From positions 576,001 to 640,000 of the forward strand of contig CAXXOU010000001.1 in assembly GCA_963677495.2 (NCBI GenBank): 64,000 nucleotides of DNA, written 5' to 3'. Below, one piece after another: positions 58,918 through 64,000 of this stretch. This stretch comes from Candidatus Cloacimonadales bacterium. Lineage in GTDB: Bacteria > Cloacimonadota > Cloacimonadia > Cloacimonadales > JAFGVF01. The notes below the pieces were generated by a model. The model did not search any database and was not told the origin of the DNA. It saw only the letters and a list, made by a program, of their open reading frames with translations. The position numbers and the translations under genes are program-made. Position 1 is the first letter of the stretch; each line of letters begins with the position of its first letter.

Positions 58918-59064
58918 GCATCAAGAACTTCTTTGCACCGTTAAGTAAGTTATGCACACGATGTGGATAACTTTAGGAGTTCATAGGGAGGGTCTAGGGA
59001 GGCTAAAGGGAGGGACTAGGGAAATTCTAGCGTTTTGATGGGATTAAGTAAAGAGATGAACCAG
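58918..59064. repeat. Dispersed element with paired DnaA boxes and 11-bp repeats, copy 2
   Basis: TTATGCACA at 58950-58958 and TGTGGATAA at 58962-58970; aligns with 47402-47545. Confidence 0.8.
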
Positions 59065-59672
59065 ACTTGATAAGAATTGATAAGAATGGATTGGAAGGTT
59101 TTTGATAGTATGTTTTAATTTGATTGCAATTTTTTTTAAGCATTCAAATGGGAACCTATAATCCAAGTTAAGTACGAAATTATCAATTAATGTTGTGAGG
59201 TATTTCTCCTGATCATTGGGATAATAATATATAGAATTGAGCGAAAGTACTAGAAAAGAGCTACATGCTTGATAGATGAATTATAAATTATTAGTTACTT
59301 TGGTACTAATTATGCATAATTATAAATATAGTGTTAGGAAGTGAAGCTTTTCTTGAGAGCAAAGTTATGAGATCATTCATATTGAGAGCTTTGATAGTTA
59401 GGGAGTATTCTTGAGATGAACGAGAGAGAAGGCCTTTGTTTATGCCAGTTTAGCTCAATAAAGAAAAGATGGGTTTATTAAATAACGATTAAATCATTGT
59501 ATTATAATACGAATTAAATGTAGCTTTTAATCAGTGTAAACAAAGTTTACGCTTATGACAATTTGGTGTCAATACTGAAACCAGTTTAGTGGAATCTGGA
59601 TAGTTCCACTCTAAAGAAATCAATAATTTTAAAAAAATTAGGCACACTTTTTTATACGCATTGGAGGATATA

Positions 59673-61922
59673 ATGAAAAAAGTTATAATACCCGTAATTT
59701 TATTAGCTTTAACCTTTTCTATTTTTGCACAATTCATGCAACACTCACCTGTCGGCAAGATGTCTGACATCGGAAAAACAATCAAAAACACATCAAGACC
59801 AGTTACAAGAACTTCAAATTATGACTGGGATTTTGCATTTGATCCAATCATAGCAAATGGTTCAACTTACTATGACTATATGGTAGGAACATATCTGAGT
59901 AGTCCTTTCAATAAACAACCTGCTGATGCAGGCAATGGTTACTACTATTCATATATGGGAAGGGCAAATGTCTCAACACAGCCAAGAGCATATTATGGAT
60001 ATTTAGATCAAAACTATACTGTACAACATGATGCTACTTTTGCACTTCAGAACCGACTTGAATGGTTCCCGGACAGTGTCGTTGATAAGAACGGTAAAAT
60101 GCTTATAAGTTATCATTCAGATTCAGATAATGATGGAGATTATGAGCAACATTATGGATATGATCCATACTTCTCTAATATTCCCGGTATTCCATCAGCA
60201 GAATTTGATGTTTTTGATAATCCCATAACTTTTAATGGTGAGACAGATAATAAGTTTACATGGGCTCAGATAAGAGTTGGTGAATCTCCGTTAGGTAGTG
60301 AATATCAGAGAGTTTATATTTTAGGAAGAAACAGAGTATCACACTCAGTTGTAGATCCTGATACAGGCGCACCAAAGCCATGTGAAAATCCCTATATTGC
60401 CTTTGCTGATTATATGGCTGATGATTTAGACTTCGGTTTTGAGTTAAACTGGACATACACCTCAATTCCAACCCTAGATACCTGGAATGTTGATGAGAAT
60501 GAATGGCGAAGACCTTTCATGGGATTCTTTGTTGGTACAGGTGCTTTAGAAGGTAAGCTCTTCTACATGGGCTCAGTAGTTGGTGACTTAGCCGACGATG
60601 AAGATAACTTTTATGTATTCATGCATAACGATTATGGTAATACAGATACTGAGTGGACTCAGGTGACATTTAACACAGATGTTCCACTTGTAAATCCTCA
60701 AAACGTAAATGATGAGTATTACTTTGTTGATGAAGAGAATGGTAACCAACCCTATACATTGCATTGGGGTATAGTTAATACCGGTCACTTTAACATAAGT
60801 GTTGATAGAGACAACAATCTCCATATGCCAGCTACATACTGTATTAATGCAGAAGATGGCTCATATTTCTACTATTTCCATAATGTGAAAGATATTATCT
60901 TCAATACTTCATCAAATACACTTGAAGTAGTGGATGTTTTCCCACAAAGTAGCAATCCTAGTGCTTTATACAACCCTTGGGATGAAGATGGTGATGGAAA
61001 TGTAGATGAGTATTGGGATGATGGAACTTATGATGGAGTAGATGATGGTGTAACACCTGAAGAAGAGGGTTATGGCAACATTAGAACAAATACATTATGG
61101 CCATTCATGCATTGGGACAAAGACAGTCATGAGGAAGGGATGTTCTTCCATCTTAACCAGCTAAGACTTACAAATGCTAATACTCATGGAGTGATGGCTA
61201 TGGTATGGCATGATTCTAAGGCGGCTGTAGACTTCAATGTGAGTTCTTTGTCATATTGGGAACCTTATGCAGAGCAAAGCGAATTGTACATCGCTATTAG
61301 TGGTGATGACGGACACACTTGGCAACCACCAATTGCTTTAAGTAGTGTAGATGTTGCTGATGATTTCTGGTATATGGAAGATGGTAGCTTCCTTGGCTTT
61401 AGTGAAACACATGAATATGTTCCACAATGGGCAGACATGAGACCTCAATATGCAACTCCATGTCCTGATATTAAGTACATGTATTCAAATCCTGATGACT
61501 CAGAAGTTCATAGATTGTTATTCTACTTCTATGATGACCAAGTTTGGGGTTCTGCCGAGCATGGTGAAGGTACTTGGGAAGCAGGACAGATTGTAATTAA
61601 TGCAATTGATTTCACTATGGATGCAACAATCGGAAATGATGAGCATGTAAATACTGCTTCAATTGTAAATACAATATCTAACTACCCTAATCCATTTAAT
61701 CCACAAACAACTATTAATTATTCACTTAAAGACAATGCTGATGTTGAAATTGGAGTTTATAACCTTAAAGGTCAGAAGGTTGAGACTCTTGTCAACAACA
61801 GACAGCAAGCCGGTGAGCATAGTATTGTTTGGGATGCTGAAGGTCATGCCAGTGGTATCTATTTCTATAAGGTTCAAGCTGGAACTTACACAAAGACTAA
61901 GAAAATGATTCTAATGAAATAA
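59673..61922 (+). CDS. Large acidic secreted protein with CTD (unknown function; one Asp-box-like motif)
   Basis: GGAGG RBS, signal peptide MKKVII..., SGDDGHTW, CTD ending KMILMK. Confidence 0.8.
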   Translation: MKKVIIPVILLALTFSIFAQFMQHSPVGKMSDIGKTIKNTSRPVTRTSNYDWDFAFDPIIANGSTYYDYMVGTYLSSPFNKQPADAGNGYYYSYMGRANVSTQPRAYYGYLDQNYTVQHDATFALQNRLEWFPDSVVDKNGKMLISYHSDSDNDGDYEQHYGYDPYFSNIPGIPSAEFDVFDNPITFNGETDNKFTWAQIRVGESPLGSEYQRVYILGRNRVSHSVVDPDTGAPKPCENPYIAFADYMADDLDFGFELNWTYTSIPTLDTWNVDENEWRRPFMGFFVGTGALEGKLFYMGSVVGDLADDEDNFYVFMHNDYGNTDTEWTQVTFNTDVPLVNPQNVNDEYYFVDEENGNQPYTLHWGIVNTGHFNISVDRDNNLHMPATYCINAEDGSYFYYFHNVKDIIFNTSSNTLEVVDVFPQSSNPSALYNPWDEDGDGNVDEYWDDGTYDGVDDGVTPEEEGYGNIRTNTLWPFMHWDKDSHEEGMFFHLNQLRLTNANTHGVMAMVWHDSKAAVDFNVSSLSYWEPYAEQSELYIAISGDDGHTWQPPIALSSVDVADDFWYMEDGSFLGFSETHEYVPQWADMRPQYATPCPDIKYMYSNPDDSEVHRLLFYFYDDQVWGSAEHGEGTWEAGQIVINAIDFTMDATIGNDEHVNTASIVNTISNYPNPFNPQTTINYSLKDNADVEIGVYNLKGQKVETLVNNRQQAGEHSIVWDAEGHASGIYFYKVQAGTYTKTKKMILMK

Positions 61923-61952
61923 AACTTACACAACATAATTGCACTTAGAGAT

Positions 61953-61982
61953 AAAAAAGGCCCCTCGATTGAGGGGCTTTTC
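61953..61982. terminator. Bidirectional terminator
   Basis: A-run, GCCCCTC-GATT-GAGGGGC, T-run between convergent genes. Confidence 0.85.
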
Positions 61983-61993
61983 TATATATTTGT

Positions 61994-62545
61994 TTATAAA
62001 TCTTTCTTAAGTTTATCTAACAGCAATCCCGGTTGCCTTTCATCAAGCACATAGTAGTTGAGCTCATAATCCGCTTGTTTTAGGAGTTTTTCCACTTCCT
62101 GCACGAAAATACCTTTCCCGGGTATCTTTGTGGATTCTTTAAGCAGTTTTGCGTAGCTATCGACACTATTCACACCTTTCCAGTTCTCACATTTAGTGAC
62201 TTTGGTCAGTCCACAACTTGGGCTACCTTCCACAAAGATGATACCTTCAATATGATATCCGTTATTACGGTAGTCTTGAATCTGGTCTAAAACAGGTTTG
62301 AAGAGCTTACTACAGTGCTCACGGAAAGCAGGGAAATCGAACTGATCACGTACATGAGCCCATCTGCTTATGCCGAAATAGGTCATCTCAGGACAGGGGA
62401 GTTGAATGATTCCGTAATCCTTCTCAGCCAAGACTTGCATCAGCTCTTTATGAACTCCCGGGAAGGGACAAATCCCTTCCACTTTGGAGTTAACATTTAA
62501 AAGGCAATGTGAGACCAAAATGATCTTACGAGCTCTCTCAGGCAT
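61994..62545 (-). CDS. DUF523/TudS-related (CD3072-like) putative Fe-S desulfidase
   Basis: SHCLLN, QLPCPE, GSPSCG, GKGIF. Confidence 0.8.
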   Translation of the reverse strand: MPERARKIILVSHCLLNVNSKVEGICPFPGVHKELMQVLAEKDYGIIQLPCPEMTYFGISRWAHVRDQFDFPAFREHCSKLFKPVLDQIQDYRNNGYHIEGIIFVEGSPSCGLTKVTKCENWKGVNSVDSYAKLLKESTKIPGKGIFVQEVEKLLKQADYELNYYVLDERQPGLLLDKLKKDL

Positions 62546-64000
62546 TTACAGTTCTTCTCCATCAAGAGGTTTATTGAGCTCTTCAGTTCCAGGAACTGCA
62601 AATCTTCCCTCTCTGATTATATCAAGTTCTTCACCTTTAGGAGTTATCGCTGTGATGAATCCGAGTTCTTCATAAGGAAGTGTGATATCTGTATGTACCC
62701 CGGTATAAGCTTCTTGAGGATTATCTTTACGTTTGCATGACATCTCATTCTCACGTGCTGTAATCTCTTTGTTGTCGATAGGATTGAAGGTTGCAAAGTC
62801 CTCTTCCCAACTAAAGCAAGTATCACCGATAGCGAAATGTGGTCCCATCTTCTCGATGATAAGTACAGGAAGTACATCAAGGATATCAAACTTCTTAGCC
62901 ATAACATGAGCTAAAGTATTTGTACCAATAGCAAACTCACCAATAGGAAGTGTCTTATGTGGGAAAAGAAGGTTTTCTTCAATATACTTTCTGTTCTTCT
63001 CTTCATCATCATTGTTTGTGCAGCTGTAGTCAGAAACAAACCCATCTTTGAAAGTAAGTTTAAGGTTCTCGAACTTAAGACCATTAAGGAAAGTCTCTTT
63101 AATATGAAGCACACCATCAGTACCCGTAAGTTTAGGAGAAGTGAACACTTCACCCACAGGGATATTCACATCTGCTCCGCAGTTAACGAAGTTGGTGTGC
63201 TTACTTGGGTCTTCAAGCTTTTGCATCATAACCATGATGTCTGTTTCATTACCGGCAGTACCCTTAACATGCACCTTCTCAGCAAGGTCGAGTCTATCAA
63301 CGATCTTCTGTTGAATAGCTTCCCATTTCTCTGTATCAAGCATGTTTACTTCAGCTGTAGCTTCATAAATCTCCTCGAATTTTTCGCCAATCTCAGGAGT
63401 TGGGAAGCCGATTATACAGAAACTTGTCTCTTTTCTTGGAATATATTTCTGCATAATCTGACCTGATTTCACACGGTTCATCTGACTAAGCTTAGTCTGC
63501 TCCGGTGAGTACTTTAAGCATTCTGCTTTCTGCTCAGGGTTGAATGGTTTTTCTCCGAAGTTATCAAAGTAAACCGGACCACCATAAAGAGCAAGCAAAT
63601 CAGCATTAGCTTCACATCTCTTCTCATAGCGTTCGATGTTCTTTTCAACAAACTCTTTATCATAGAAGAAAGCTGAGCTGAATCTATGATCATAGTTATA
63701 CTGCTTGTTCACCTCAGTAGATGACACACGAGTAAAGAATGGTTTAAGGTCATACTTCTCAAGTTTAGCAGCAACTGCACGAGCAAGACGTTCCTGACCT
63801 ACGCTGTAGATAAGGTTATATGTCTTTTTCTTATTGAGGTCTTTCTTTGAGAGTGTATAACCACGAACAAATCCCTTTGCTGTGCAATCAGCAAGCTGTT
63901 GTAGTTTATCTTCAGGATAAGTTCTCATGAAGTCAGCGATTCTGAGCTCATTATCAGTAATATATTTACCATATTGGTAGAGGTACCTGTTGTCAGAGAG
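62546..64000 (-). CDS. 5'-partial aminopeptidase (M29-like metallopeptidase)
   Basis: NIPVGEVFTSP, GEFAIGTN, EKMGPHFAIGD, HTDIT; frame stays open to the window end. Confidence 0.85.
   Translation of the reverse strand, partial: LSDNRYLYQYGKYITDNELRIADFMRTYPEDKLQQLADCTAKGFVRGYTLSKKDLNKKKTYNLIYSVGQERLARAVAAKLEKYDLKPFFTRVSSTEVNKQYNYDHRFSSAFFYDKEFVEKNIERYEKRCEANADLLALYGGPVYFDNFGEKPFNPEQKAECLKYSPEQTKLSQMNRVKSGQIMQKYIPRKETSFCIIGFPTPEIGEKFEEIYEATAEVNMLDTEKWEAIQQKIVDRLDLAEKVHVKGTAGNETDIMVMMQKLEDPSKHTNFVNCGADVNIPVGEVFTSPKLTGTDGVLHIKETFLNGLKFENLKLTFKDGFVSDYSCTNNDDEEKNRKYIEENLLFPHKTLPIGEFAIGTNTLAHVMAKKFDILDVLPVLIIEKMGPHFAIGDTCFSWEEDFATFNPIDNKEITARENEMSCKRKDNPQEAYTGVHTDITLPYEELGFITAITPKGEELDIIREGRFAVPGTEELNKPLDGEEL

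Noticed and set aside
62957..63466. 169-aa plus-strand ORF and other 60-126-aa ORFs nested in or antisense to housekeeping genes
   Set aside because: Shadow ORFs overlapping well-conserved genes, with no motifs.

Overview
AT-rich bacterial chromosomal window, most likely Cloacimonadota or a related FCB lineage. This is inferred from six secreted proteins ending in an 'NYPNPFNP...SGxYFY...KMxLMK' FlgD/T9SS-like C-terminal domain (CTD), a gingipain, and a Bat operon. Most genes are on the minus strand. Housekeeping blocks: rseC-folB-folK-glmU-HIT-LytR_C-rsfS-argS-phosphoesterase-moxR-batABCDE; rpmH-rnpA-yidD-yidC-jag (no adjacent dnaA); purB; glyQ. There is a selenium operon whose SelD has an in-frame UGA (Sec15) plus a SECIS-like hairpin that the ORF track missed, a DsbD-TlpA-DUF6029-Omp28-like thiol relay operon behind the gingipain, and a type II R-M pair. 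The most unusual signal is non-coding. (1) Two unrelated cargoes (a ~794-aa secreted protein and the R-M pair) are each bracketed, in the same order and orientation, by the same left hairpin element and the same right-hand 11-bp array plus fixed-spacer inverted repeat, resembling transposase-less cassettes. (2) Two paralogous secreted-protein genes share a conserved 5' hairpin. (3) A ~145-bp element with two oppositely oriented DnaA boxes and 11-bp phased repeats occurs twice. (4) Sigma54/IHF-type promoters precede CTD-protein genes near a TPR-sigma54 activator. All calls come from reading the sequence by eye; no database searches or folding programs were run.
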